A stretch of 64,000 nt of DNA from NCBI GenBank assembly GCA_963811105.1, contig CAWEPZ010000011.1:256001-320000 (forward strand), given 5' to 3'. The notes beneath the pieces were generated by a model. It was not told the DNA's origin, did no database searches, and saw only the letters and a list, made by a program, of their open reading frames with translations. The translations under genes and the position numbers were made by a program. Position 1 is the stretch's first letter. Every line of letters begins with the position of its first letter. The DNA comes from Candidatus Bathyarchaeota archaeon (lineage in GTDB: Archaea; Thermoproteota; Bathyarchaeia; Bathyarchaeales; Bathycorpusculaceae). Below, one piece after another: positions 9,621 to 19,319 of this stretch.

Positions 9621-11285
9621 TTATTCTTCCTCCTTCTGCTTCTTGAAGCATTTGCCTGCTTCGCATTTCTTTTCGACTATATGAGTAAGGTATTCGTCTT
9701 TGAAGTATCGAAGTGTAGTTATAACTGGGTTAGGAGCTGTTTGACCAAGACCGCAAAGGCTTGCATCGCGTATGAATACACCTGATTTTTCGAGAGTGGC
9801 AATATCTTCTATTTTTCCATCGCCAGTAGTAATTTTATCATATATGTCTTTAATCCGGGCTAAGCCTGCTCTGCATGGAGTACATTTGCCGCACGATTCA
9901 TCTACGCAGAATTCAGTAAAGAACCGTGCAGTGTCAACCATGCAGGAATCCTCATCAAGAACTACTATTCCGCCTGAACCCATGATTGCTCCGACCTTTG
10001 TTAATGAGTCGTAGTCAATTGGAGATTCAAGCAATGTTTGAGGTAAGCAACCGCCTGATGGACCGCCGACCAAAACAGCTTTGAATTTTTTGCCGTTCGG
10101 TACTCCACCCCCGATTTCAAACACTACCTCTCTTAAGGTTATTCCCATCGGTACTTCGATGAGTCCTGGATTGTTAACTTGGCCTGTTAATGAAAAGCAT
10201 TTGGTTCCTGTGCATCTTGATGTCCCCATCTTTGAGAACCATAAGCCGCCGTTCTGAATGATTAGAGGGATGTTGGCTAAGGTTTCAACGTTCTGTATGA
10301 GGGTTGGTTGTTGCCATAAACCAGAATTCGCGGGATATGGCGGACGAGGACGAGGCATTGCTCTGCGACCTTCGACCGAGGCTAGGATAGCTGTTTCTTC
10401 TCCCGCGACAAATGCACCAGCGCCAAATCGTAGTTCAAGGTCAAATTTGAACGTCCCCATTTCCAGAATGTTTTCGCCAAGCAAAGACATTGATTTTGCT
10501 TGAGCAATGGCTTTTTGTAAAGTTTGAATAGCCAAAGGATACTCTGACCTGATATAGATATAGCCTTTTTCTGCCCCAATCGCGTAGGCAGCGATAAGCA
10601 TACCTTCAATGATCGCATGCGGATCAGCCTCAGCAAGAGTTCGGTTCGCGAAAACACCCGGGTCTCCTTCATCTAAATTCGCGACAATATATTTGGGAGT
10701 ATTATGTGCCCTAGATACAAGAGTCCACTTTTGTCCTGTTGGAAAACCAGCTCCTCCTCGACCTCTGAGACCGCTGGTCCTAATTTCGTAAATTATTCCT
10801 TGCGGAGTCATGGTTGCAAGGCATTTCGCTAAGGCAGAGTAGCCTCCCGCTGATATATAATCTTGAATTCTTGAGGGGTCAATTTTTCCAGCATTTCGCA
10901 GAACAAGCCTATGTTGCTTTGTGAAGTAAGCTTCGTTCTTGTACAGCATGTCTTTAACTGGTAAACCAAGAACTATGTGGTCACGGACTATTTCTCTTAC
11001 TTTTTCTGGGGTTACGCTTTGATAGAGGTAATCTCCTGGTTCTATCAGCACTGCGGGACCAACGGAGCATGTGCCGATACAGCCTGTTCGTGCGACTTTG
11101 CATTCGTTATCTACGCCAAATTCTTTTACAGCATCTTCAAATGCTTTTAGTACTTTAAATGCTCCAAATGGAACACATCCGCTTGAACAGCAAACGTTAA
11201 TTCGGTATTTGTAACCTCTCTGAAAATCAACTTCTTGTTCAGCTATTCTTTGAAGATCATCAAGCTTCAACTTTGACTCCTCCAA
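9621..11285 (-). CDS. hoxF: Diaphorase flavoprotein HoxF (NuoF-like, NAD/FMN-binding)
   Basis: N-terminal thioredoxin-like [2Fe-2S] domain, SGLRGRGGAGFPTG, DEGDPG, GAFVAGEETA, ESCGKCTPCRAG, SLCGLGQTAPNP. Confidence 0.9.
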   Translation of the reverse strand: MEESKLKLDDLQRIAEQEVDFQRGYKYRINVCCSSGCVPFGAFKVLKAFEDAVKEFGVDNECKVARTGCIGTCSVGPAVLIEPGDYLYQSVTPEKVREIVRDHIVLGLPVKDMLYKNEAYFTKQHRLVLRNAGKIDPSRIQDYISAGGYSALAKCLATMTPQGIIYEIRTSGLRGRGGAGFPTGQKWTLVSRAHNTPKYIVANLDEGDPGVFANRTLAEADPHAIIEGMLIAAYAIGAEKGYIYIRSEYPLAIQTLQKAIAQAKSMSLLGENILEMGTFKFDLELRFGAGAFVAGEETAILASVEGRRAMPRPRPPYPANSGLWQQPTLIQNVETLANIPLIIQNGGLWFSKMGTSRCTGTKCFSLTGQVNNPGLIEVPMGITLREVVFEIGGGVPNGKKFKAVLVGGPSGGCLPQTLLESPIDYDSLTKVGAIMGSGGIVVLDEDSCMVDTARFFTEFCVDESCGKCTPCRAGLARIKDIYDKITTGDGKIEDIATLEKSGVFIRDASLCGLGQTAPNPVITTLRYFKDEYLTHIVEKKCEAGKCFKKQKEEE

Positions 11286-11748
11286 GCGCTTGTTTTATTT
11301 TTTCTATTACCATTTCCTTCGTTGCTTTGCCAATTACTTCGTCGTCGACAACAATGTTTGGTGCCATAGCGCATGCACCGATACAGCGTGTGAGAAGAAG
11401 AGAAAGTTTCCCATCAGCAGTTGATCCTCCACGTTTAACATTAAATTCTTGTTCAACAGCTTCCATGATTTCTTCAACACCCTTCACGTAACAGGCAGTT
11501 CCTAAGCAACCAGTCACTATATGTTCACCTGGTTTTCTAAGCTTGAAAAAGCTGTAGAAAGTGGTAACCCCGAAAACGTGACTTGGAGGAATGTTTAGAG
11601 AACCCGCAACATCCATCAATAGATCTTTATCTAAATATCCGTAGATTTCTTGGGCGCGATGGAGAATTTCTAAAAGAGCACTTTCTTGATAATTATACTC
11701 TTTCAAAACTTTTTCGAGCAAAACACGTCTTTTATCATTCTCAGTCAA
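11260..11748 (-). CDS. hoxE: HoxE (NuoE-like [2Fe-2S] subunit)
   Basis: FGVTTFYSFF, CLGTACYVKG, RCIGAC. Confidence 0.9.
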   Translation of the reverse strand: MTENDKRRVLLEKVLKEYNYQESALLEILHRAQEIYGYLDKDLLMDVAGSLNIPPSHVFGVTTFYSFFKLRKPGEHIVTGCLGTACYVKGVEEIMEAVEQEFNVKRGGSTADGKLSLLLTRCIGACAMAPNIVVDDEVIGKATKEMVIEKIKQALGGVKVEA

Positions 11749-11857
11749 CGTTTGATCCTCCTTTTAAATCGTGGGGAATCATTATAGTTCGAAGGCAGTA
11801 CAGATATTTCTAGTATAAAAGTATAGAGGGTCGTTTCTAAAAGAATAAAGTAAGAAA

Positions 11858-11879
11858 CCTATAAAAAAGGTATTATAGG
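11858..11879. promoter_or_regulatory. Palindromic candidate operator upstream of the hox operon
   Basis: CCTATAA-N8-TTATAGG about 40 bp upstream of a minus-strand TTTTATA box (11814-11820). Confidence 0.35.
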
Positions 11880-12061
11880 CAATTAACCCATAATTTGATG
11901 GGGATTGAATAAAGTAGGTAATTGCTTTTTCCTTTTGGCTTTTAGACCAAGAAATTGCCTCGTTTGCGCTCTTTTGGCAAAAAAATCATTTACGTTAAGC
12001 AAACAAAGATAAGCAGAAGAATGCGAACAGCATCAAAGAAAGTTTTACCTATTGTAAAGAG

Positions 12062-14884
12062 TTAAGCAGAAGATGCATCTGACTGATCTTGAATATTACC
12101 CTTGCTTTTGTCTGATACTTCCGCAACTTGTTGCCCTTGATTTGCTATTTTCTCGGAAATAATCGTTGTTGTTTGACATTGTACGTTCATGTCCTCGTTT
12201 TTTAGGTCTAAAACGCCTTTCGCATTTCCATCACTTAGGTATTCAAGTCTGAAACCCATCTTTTTCATAAGGTTTAAAGCTCGATAATTGTCTGGCAGCA
12301 TTATTGCATAGACGTCTTCAATGCCTTTTTCCTTAGCAATGTCAAGCACGTGATCGACCATTTTTGTGCCTAAACCTAAACCTTGCCAGTAATCTGTCAC
12401 TATAAAGGACATTTCACCGCTTTTTCCATCAGGCTCGATATTTACTCGGGCGACGCCTAAGATTTTTCTTTTGCCATTTTCGTTTAATTCAGCTACTATT
12501 GCTATTTCTCGGTCATAATCAATGTTGCAATAGCGTACACGAACTTCGTGTGGCGTGTCTTTTAGTACCTGGAAAAATCGATAGCGAATCGATTCCTCAG
12601 AGAAGCTTTGGAACATTCCCAGCCACAAGGGTTCGTCTTCTGGTTTGATAGGGCGCAACACCACTTCTTGACTGTTTCTCAGCGACCAAGTTAACTCATA
12701 TTTCTTTGGGTAGGGACTGATAACCAAATGCTCATGAGGTTCATATTTCTTGCAAATGGCGTCTTTATTAATCACTATTCTGGCATCAAGAATGCAGGCG
12801 TCTTTCTCATTTATCAGCAATGGATTAATGTCAATTTCTTTTACCTGTGGAAAATCAATCAGAAACTGAGAGAAAAGAAGCAATGTTTCATCGAGGCGTT
12901 TAAGGTCTACAGGAGGTGCATTTCGGTATCCCTTCAGAAGTTGGTAAACTTTTGTTTCTTCCATCATGCGGTGGATAAGTGTCGTGTTTAGCGGCGGCAA
13001 CCCAATGGCATAATCTTTGAAAAGTTCAACCCCAACACCACCCATGCCAAATAGAATCACTGGACCAAAAACTGGATCGGTTTTTCCACCGATTATAAGT
13101 TCATACCCTTTTTTCTCCACCATTGGCTGTACGGTAACTCCGAGTATTTGCGCATTCGGATTGTAAGCGGTTGCTTTTTGAATAATCATTTCAAAAGCTT
13201 TGCGAACCTCGTTTGCAGAATTCACATTTAATATGACCCCGCCAGCATCGCTTTTATGAACAATCTGCGGAGAAAGAATCTTTAAAACTACAGGGTACCC
13301 CATTTCTTGTGCTAAAGAAACTGCCTCATCAGTTCTAGTGGCAACAGCGGTTTTGACGACTGGAAAATTATAGTATTTTAAGATTTTTTTGGCTTCATTT
13401 TCACTTAATAATTCGCGATTTTCAGCGGCGGCGTTTCTTATTATCGATAGTATTGGGCGTTTAGGTGGTGAAGAGTCCAGTGGTAGTTCTTCAGGAGTCT
13501 GATAGAGAAGATCGAGATTGACTTGGTAATTGTACATATACATGTATGTTTTGATTCCTTGTTCAGGCGTGGAATAAGTCGGGATGTTGTTTGCGTTAAA
13601 TATCTTGTTTGCTTCTTGCACCGCATCAAAGCCCATGAAAGATGTAAGAATAGTTTTGTTCTGATATGATTTGCCTCGAACAAGTTCAGCTATAGCTTTA
13701 GCGATTTCAACTGGCTCAGAGCCTGCTTGGTGAGTTAGAATAATGAGTATCCCGTCAATTCCGTTATCATTAAGGCAGGATTCAACCGCTGCTTTATACC
13801 GGTCTGCCTTAGCGTCTCCAAGAACGTCTATAGGGTTTCCATGGCTCCAAAAAGCAGGTAAAACACCGTTAAGGGAACTCAAGGTTTTCTCGTTAAGTTT
13901 AGCCAGTTTGCCGCCTTGAGCAATCAAAGCGTCGGTAGCCATTACTCCTGGCCCGCCGGCGTTGGTTATTATTGCAAGTTTTGACCCTTTGGGTAATGGT
14001 TGAGTTCCTAACACTTCAGCTGCGTTGAATAAGTCAGCTATTTCCTGGACTCTAACTATTCCCGCTCGTTTGAATGCTGCATCGTAAATATCATCCTCGC
14101 CTGAAAGTGACCCCGTGTGGGAAGCGGCGGCTTTTGCACTTTCAGCGAATTTTCCTGATTTCACGACAATTATGGGTTTGGTTCTTGCAAAGTGTCTTGC
14201 TGCGCTCATGAATTTTCTTGCGTCAGTTATTCCTTCCACGTACATGAGAATGCTTTTGGTCTTTGGGTCAGAACCGAAGTAATCTATTAAGTCGCCAAAG
14301 TCAACATCAATCATAGACCCAACCGAAACAAAATTGCTAAAGCCAATGTTTTCGTGGATTGCCCAGTCAAGGATAGCTGAACCTAAAGCGCCGCTTTGAG
14401 ATAGGAAAGCGATGTTGCCTGGTTTGGGCATTTTATCCAAGAAGGTTGCGTTAAGATTTAGGCGGGGACGAATTATGCCTATGCAGTTTGGCCCGATAAC
14501 GCGAATATTATATTTTTTTGCGACTTCAAGAATTCTCTGTTCTAAAGCTTTTCCTTCAGAACCTGTTTCCTTGAAGCCTGCAGAAACAACAATTACTCCT
14601 TTTACATCTGCTCGTCCACATTCTTCTATTACATCGGGAACTGTTTTTGCGGGAGTCGCTATTATGGCTAAATCAACGGGATCTGGAATCTGATCAACCG
14701 TTTTGTAGGTCTTAACGCCTAAAATCTCTGGCTTGCGGATGTTCACGAAGTATACTTTGCCAGCATAACCCAGTTTGGTAAAATTTTTGACGATGGCGTA
14801 ACCGACTGATCCTTCAGCGTCGCTGGCTCCGATGATGGCTATATTTTTGGGGTTGAAGATCTTTTCAAGATTTAAGGTGCCCAT
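12062..14884 (-). CDS. ADP-forming acyl-CoA synthetase (alpha+beta) fused to a C-terminal GNAT acetyltransferase (Pat/YfiQ-like architecture)
   Basis: CoA-binding GPNC and SQSGA, phospho-His motif ASHTGSL, ATP-grasp HKSDAGGV, GNAT LRPI.PED...QGLGLG; start MGTLNLEK. Confidence 0.9.
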   Translation of the reverse strand: MGTLNLEKIFNPKNIAIIGASDAEGSVGYAIVKNFTKLGYAGKVYFVNIRKPEILGVKTYKTVDQIPDPVDLAIIATPAKTVPDVIEECGRADVKGVIVVSAGFKETGSEGKALEQRILEVAKKYNIRVIGPNCIGIIRPRLNLNATFLDKMPKPGNIAFLSQSGALGSAILDWAIHENIGFSNFVSVGSMIDVDFGDLIDYFGSDPKTKSILMYVEGITDARKFMSAARHFARTKPIIVVKSGKFAESAKAAASHTGSLSGEDDIYDAAFKRAGIVRVQEIADLFNAAEVLGTQPLPKGSKLAIITNAGGPGVMATDALIAQGGKLAKLNEKTLSSLNGVLPAFWSHGNPIDVLGDAKADRYKAAVESCLNDNGIDGILIILTHQAGSEPVEIAKAIAELVRGKSYQNKTILTSFMGFDAVQEANKIFNANNIPTYSTPEQGIKTYMYMYNYQVNLDLLYQTPEELPLDSSPPKRPILSIIRNAAAENRELLSENEAKKILKYYNFPVVKTAVATRTDEAVSLAQEMGYPVVLKILSPQIVHKSDAGGVILNVNSANEVRKAFEMIIQKATAYNPNAQILGVTVQPMVEKKGYELIIGGKTDPVFGPVILFGMGGVGVELFKDYAIGLPPLNTTLIHRMMEETKVYQLLKGYRNAPPVDLKRLDETLLLFSQFLIDFPQVKEIDINPLLINEKDACILDARIVINKDAICKKYEPHEHLVISPYPKKYELTWSLRNSQEVVLRPIKPEDEPLWLGMFQSFSEESIRYRFFQVLKDTPHEVRVRYCNIDYDREIAIVAELNENGKRKILGVARVNIEPDGKSGEMSFIVTDYWQGLGLGTKMVDHVLDIAKEKGIEDVYAIMLPDNYRALNLMKKMGFRLEYLSDGNAKGVLDLKNEDMNVQCQTTTIISEKIANQGQQVAEVSDKSKGNIQDQSDASSA

Positions 14885-15029
14885 TGATTTAACCTTCTGC
14901 GTATGTCGCAACAGCATAAACTAAAAAAGCTTACTGATTCAAAATTTTGATTTGTAATATCAGCGATATAGAAAAAGTGAAAACTAATCTTTAAAGATAT
15001 ACTTGGGCATAATAGCTTGGAAGCTTTGT

Positions 15030-15485
15030 TTACTGGAAATCCTTCTTGATTTCTTCAAGCGAAAGAACAGCTACGCCATTGGCGGTAAACATTTGCTCTG
15101 CTTTCTCGATATTGCTTGCCCGCAGTATCAAAGCTACTTGCCCATCGATGTGCACGGCTGAAGAATAAGCGTACTCTATGTTTATGCCACCGTCACCTAA
15201 GATTTTGGTTATTTTTGATAGCCTATTTTGTGGAGATACAAAAATTGCGGTTACCTCTGTGTTCTTTTTGGATTTGGCAAGGTTAAAGTCGGCTTCTTCC
15301 AATAATTGAGCCGCTTTCTCCGGTTGTTCGGTAATCAATCTTACTAAGCCAAATTCGCCTGCATCTGCGATTGATAGCGCAAAAACTTTTTGTTTGTTGT
15401 TATCAAGTAGGGACATAACTTCGAAAAGAGAGCCAGGTCGATTGTCAAGAAAAACGCTTACTTGAGTTATAGGCAACTTTGACAC
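15030..15485 (-). CDS. Tandem ACT-domain protein (commonly linked to paaK/ior)
   Basis: QVSVFLDNRPGSL, ALSIADAGEFGLVRLI, GINIEYAYS. Confidence 0.88.
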   Translation of the reverse strand: MSKLPITQVSVFLDNRPGSLFEVMSLLDNNKQKVFALSIADAGEFGLVRLITEQPEKAAQLLEEADFNLAKSKKNTEVTAIFVSPQNRLSKITKILGDGGINIEYAYSSAVHIDGQVALILRASNIEKAEQMFTANGVAVLSLEEIKKDFQ

Positions 15486-15644
15486 CTATATTTAAATGGC
15501 TTTAAAAGATATTTAACTTTAACCACTCAAACCAGGATATCGAAAAGAGTGAATATTACAAAAAACGCAAGTTCAATTTTTTGTTTAATATAAACTTTAA
15601 ATCATACTTGGGTCATCTTTTTTATTTAAACTAGCTGGCCGCGT

Positions 15645-16454
15645 ATGTTTAAAAAACGCTTCTTAACGCTTATTGTCTTAACTCTCACAGCTTTAGCCCT
15701 CACAGTTTATAACTCAAATTTACCCGCTGCTCAAGCCCAAACATCCAACTCAACTCTGCTAACAATATCAGGACAAGTGAAAAATCCTCTGAACCTAATC
15801 CTTGTCGACATTGAAGCTATGCCCCAAACAACTGAATACGCTGCATTAATCTGTGTAGATGCGCCAACTACACCCTTGCAACAAGGCTATTGGACGGGCG
15901 TGAAACTTTCCTACGTACTCCAACAAGCCGGCTTGTCTTCAGACGCGATCAAAGTTGCATTCTTCGCACCTGATGGTTTCAATACAGATTTGCCAGTCAG
16001 TACTGCAATGCAAGACAATTCCATTGTGGTGGCTTATCAAAAAGACAACTCATCTTTAGGAGGAACATTGCAACTGGTTGTTCCAGGAAGATGGGGCTAT
16101 AAATGGATAAGCGCCCTCACCCAAATCCAACTTGTAAACTATGACTTCTTAGGCACCTATGAAAGCAGCGGGTACCCAGATGACGGGACATCTCTTCCAC
16201 AGGGATCGATCCAATTCCAACGACCGACACCAAATACTTCATCGTTTCCAACTGCTACTTCAACGACGGCTCCAACTCAATCATCAAAACCATCTGCATC
16301 ATCTACTCAAACTTTAACGCCACCCGCTTCCAACATCAAGCCTCAACAAACATCGACATTTCTCGTCTTCATCGCTACGGTTTCCATAATAATTGTAATT
16401 TCAGCTGTAGCTGCTGCGGTAATTTTGATGAAACGAAAGAAAACAAAGACCTGA
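15645..16454 (+). CDS. Surface-anchored molybdopterin-dependent oxidoreductase (sulfite oxidase/MsrP-like Moco domain)
   Basis: Signal peptide, LICV (Mo-ligand Cys), WTGVKL, LVVPGRWGYKWI, S/T/P linker, C-terminal TM helix plus KRKK. Confidence 0.8.
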   Translation: MFKKRFLTLIVLTLTALALTVYNSNLPAAQAQTSNSTLLTISGQVKNPLNLILVDIEAMPQTTEYAALICVDAPTTPLQQGYWTGVKLSYVLQQAGLSSDAIKVAFFAPDGFNTDLPVSTAMQDNSIVVAYQKDNSSLGGTLQLVVPGRWGYKWISALTQIQLVNYDFLGTYESSGYPDDGTSLPQGSIQFQRPTPNTSSFPTATSTTAPTQSSKPSASSTQTLTPPASNIKPQQTSTFLVFIATVSIIIVISAVAAAVILMKRKKTKT

Positions 16455-16551
16455 GTCAAGAAGGAACACAGGCTTGTATGATATCGCAATGATAAAGCGT
16501 GTGATTGAAACCGCTTCAACCGGTTTTTTTCGTTAGCTTTTGTTTTTATAG

Positions 16552-17685
16552 TTACTTGGAGTTAGGTGTGAGTTCAGGTTTTTTCTTATATTTCTTTATT
16601 GTCCATACAATAGCGTAAATTGTCACTATCATCAATATCACCGCTGACAACGCTATAAAGAGTGCCACGGTGCCAAACTCCGATGTAGTTTTACCTAAGG
16701 CGTCTGATATTACGGAAACTGTCCCTGAGTCACTATTGGCGACAAAAATCTTGCCTTTTTCAGAATCATAGGCTATCCCTGAGGGAAATGCACCTACAGT
16801 TACGTTCGCTATTACGGTATTATTGCTATCAGAAATAACAGAGACAGTTCCAGGGTATTGATTAGTTACGAAGATTAATCCCTTGGCAGAATCATAGGCT
16901 ACACTTTCGGGAGAGCTTCCTACATTTATGTTCGCAATTACAGTATTGTTGCTGTCCGATATGACTGAGACTGTATTGGATCCATAATTGGCTACGAAGA
17001 TTTCTCCCTGCCCTGAATCAAAAGCTACCCCAACTGGGCCTATTCCTACCGTTACGTTAGCAATTACAGTATTATTGGTATCCGATACAATGGATACCGT
17101 GTTGGAACCATCGTTTGTTACGAAGATTTCGCCTTTCTCTGAATCATAAGCTAAGCCAAGTGGGTTGATGCCCACTGTTACGTTCGCAATCAGAGTTTTA
17201 GTGCTATCTGATATTACCGAAACAGTTTGGAAGCCGGCGTTAGCCACGAATATCTCACCTTTTCCCGAATCGTAGGCTAAGTTGATTGGATCTGCAAAAG
17301 GATATTCTCCTACGGTTATGTTCGCAACTACGGTATTGGTGGTATCCGAAATGACGGATACAGTGCCTGAGTTGCCATTGGCTACAAAGATCTCGCCTTG
17401 GCCAGAATCGTAGGCGACTCCGTGAAGATTAACAGAAGGATACTCGCCTACTGTTACGTTTGCAATCACGGTATTGCTACTGTCCGAAATTACGGAGACT
17501 GTACCTGATTTAGTGTTAGTTACGAAGACTTCGCCCTTGCCGGAATCGTAAGCTACGCCTTCAGGAGAACTCCCCACTGTTATCGTATTAACTACTCCAG
17601 CAGTGTATATCGCGTTAGCTACTTGTGGGGCAACAATAATTGTGAACAGAATTATGACGGAAAAGATTTTCTTTAGATTTTTCAC
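16552..17685 (-). CDS. YVTN/YncE-type beta-propeller surface protein with C-terminal membrane anchor
   Basis: About 7 repeats of VG..P.G.AYDS.KGEIFV.N..S.TVSVISD..N.VIANVT; signal peptide; SEFG plus TM helix and basic tail. Confidence 0.88.
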   Translation of the reverse strand: MKNLKKIFSVIILFTIIVAPQVANAIYTAGVVNTITVGSSPEGVAYDSGKGEVFVTNTKSGTVSVISDSSNTVIANVTVGEYPSVNLHGVAYDSGQGEIFVANGNSGTVSVISDTTNTVVANITVGEYPFADPINLAYDSGKGEIFVANAGFQTVSVISDSTKTLIANVTVGINPLGLAYDSEKGEIFVTNDGSNTVSIVSDTNNTVIANVTVGIGPVGVAFDSGQGEIFVANYGSNTVSVISDSNNTVIANINVGSSPESVAYDSAKGLIFVTNQYPGTVSVISDSNNTVIANVTVGAFPSGIAYDSEKGKIFVANSDSGTVSVISDALGKTTSEFGTVALFIALSAVILMIVTIYAIVWTIKKYKKKPELTPNSK

Positions 17686-17855
17686 ACAATTTAGTGGATT
17701 TTTGTTTCTTATAATTATTTTGATGAGGTTTTAAGTGCTTGAACAAACTTGAAACGTTAAATTTGAGTTAACGTCGTTTGCTGGGAAAAGAAAGTGTTTT
17801 TACCAACATTTATATTTGAACCTCGATTAATCCTTGCTATTCGGAGATAGCTAAT

Positions 17856-18593
17856 TTGCTAAAGTGCACTGAAGTCTCAAAGCAGTTTGGAGGACTTCAA
17901 GCATTAAAAAAAGTTGATTTCACAATAAACGAAAATGAGATAGCTGGGCTTGTGGGACCCAATGGCTCAGGCAAATCTACCTTGCTTAACCTTATTAGTG
18001 GGGTTTACAAGCCTGACTCGGGGCAAATAATTTTTCTAAACGAAGACATCAGTAAACTTCCATCGTACAAGATTTGTGCTAAGGGCATAACGAAAACGGC
18101 TCAAACGGTTCAATCATTTCCAGAAATGACAACTACCGAAAACGTTCTTACAAGCGTTCTTTTTAATGAAAAAAAGTTCACGAACAAAGTTGATGCAAAA
18201 TCGAGGGCGCAGGAGCTTCTAGGTTTTGTTGGATTAAGCAAAGAAAAGTTTGATTTACCAGTCAAAAAACTAAATGTTGTTGAGTTGAGGCGTATACAGT
18301 TGGCGAAAGCGTTGGCGACTAATCCTAAGCTGCTTCTTCTAGATGAGTTACTTACGGGTTTAACGCCTAAAGAATGCGATGAAGCCATTGAACTAATAAG
18401 ATTAATCAATAAACAAGGGGTAACTGTGCTCATCGTCGAACATGTGATGCGTGTGATCATGGGATTATGTGACCATGTAGTTGTGTTGCATCATGGCGAG
18501 AAAATCTGTGAAGGATCCCCTAAACAGGTTGTTAATGATGAGAACGTCGTGAAGGTTTACTTGGGCAAAAGAGCTGCAATGTGTGAGGAGTAA
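17856..18593 (+). CDS. livG: Branched-chain amino acid ABC transporter ATPase
   Basis: FGGLQAL, GPNGSGKST, LLLLDE, VEHVM. Confidence 0.88.
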   Translation: MLKCTEVSKQFGGLQALKKVDFTINENEIAGLVGPNGSGKSTLLNLISGVYKPDSGQIIFLNEDISKLPSYKICAKGITKTAQTVQSFPEMTTTENVLTSVLFNEKKFTNKVDAKSRAQELLGFVGLSKEKFDLPVKKLNVVELRRIQLAKALATNPKLLLLDELLTGLTPKECDEAIELIRLINKQGVTVLIVEHVMRVIMGLCDHVVVLHHGEKICEGSPKQVVNDENVVKVYLGKRAAMCEE

Positions 18594-18595
18594 AA

Positions 18596-19300
18596 GTGTT
18601 AGAAATCCAAAATTTAGCAGCTGCTTATGATATGGTGCAAATTCTTTATGACGTTAGTTTTAAAGTGGAAGAGAAAGAAATAGTCAGCATAATTGGGCCT
18701 AACGGCGCGGGAAAAACTACCTTAGCTAAAACAATAATGGGTTTTATGCATCCCAAAAACGGAACAATCACGTTTAAAGGCGAAAACATAAGCAAGTTGC
18801 CTACATACGATATAGTCAAAAAGGGTTTAACAATGATTCCTGAGGGCAGGGAAATCTTTCCCCGCATGACCGTCGATCAGAACCTGCTTTTGGGCGCTTA
18901 CACAATAAAAGAAAAAGAGAAGATTCAAGAAACTCGTGAGAAGGTTCTCCAGATTTTTCCCGTGCTTAGAAAGAAGGAGAAATCTTTAGCTCAGACACTC
19001 AGCGGTGGCGAGCAGCAGATGCTTGTTATTTGTCGAAGTTTAATGTCTAATCCTCAAATGTTAATTTTAGATGAGCCTTCATTGGGACTTGCACCCATTA
19101 TTGTGGAGAAAGTGTTGGATACTATTCGCACAATCAATGATGAAGGCGTAACTGTTTTGCTTGTTGAACAGAACATACGCGATTCGTTAAATGTTGCTGA
19201 TAGAGGTTACGTTTTGGAAGAAGGCCGAATTATTTTAGAAGGAAAGAGTAGGGAACTTTTATCTAATAGTCATATAAAAGAAGTGTATCTAGGCCTTTGA
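18596..19300 (+). CDS. livF: Branched-chain amino acid ABC transporter ATPase
   Basis: GPNGAGKTT, PEGREIF, LSGGEQQML, DEPSLGLAP. Confidence 0.9.
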   Translation: MLEIQNLAAAYDMVQILYDVSFKVEEKEIVSIIGPNGAGKTTLAKTIMGFMHPKNGTITFKGENISKLPTYDIVKKGLTMIPEGREIFPRMTVDQNLLLGAYTIKEKEKIQETREKVLQIFPVLRKKEKSLAQTLSGGEQQMLVICRSLMSNPQMLILDEPSLGLAPIIVEKVLDTIRTINDEGVTVLLVEQNIRDSLNVADRGYVLEEGRIILEGKSRELLSNSHIKEVYLGL

Positions 19301-19319
19301 AAACAGAGAGGAAAAAGCG

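Noticed and set aside
16700-17600. Periodic DNA repeats
   Set aside because: Explained by the coding repeats of the YVTN beta-propeller blades.
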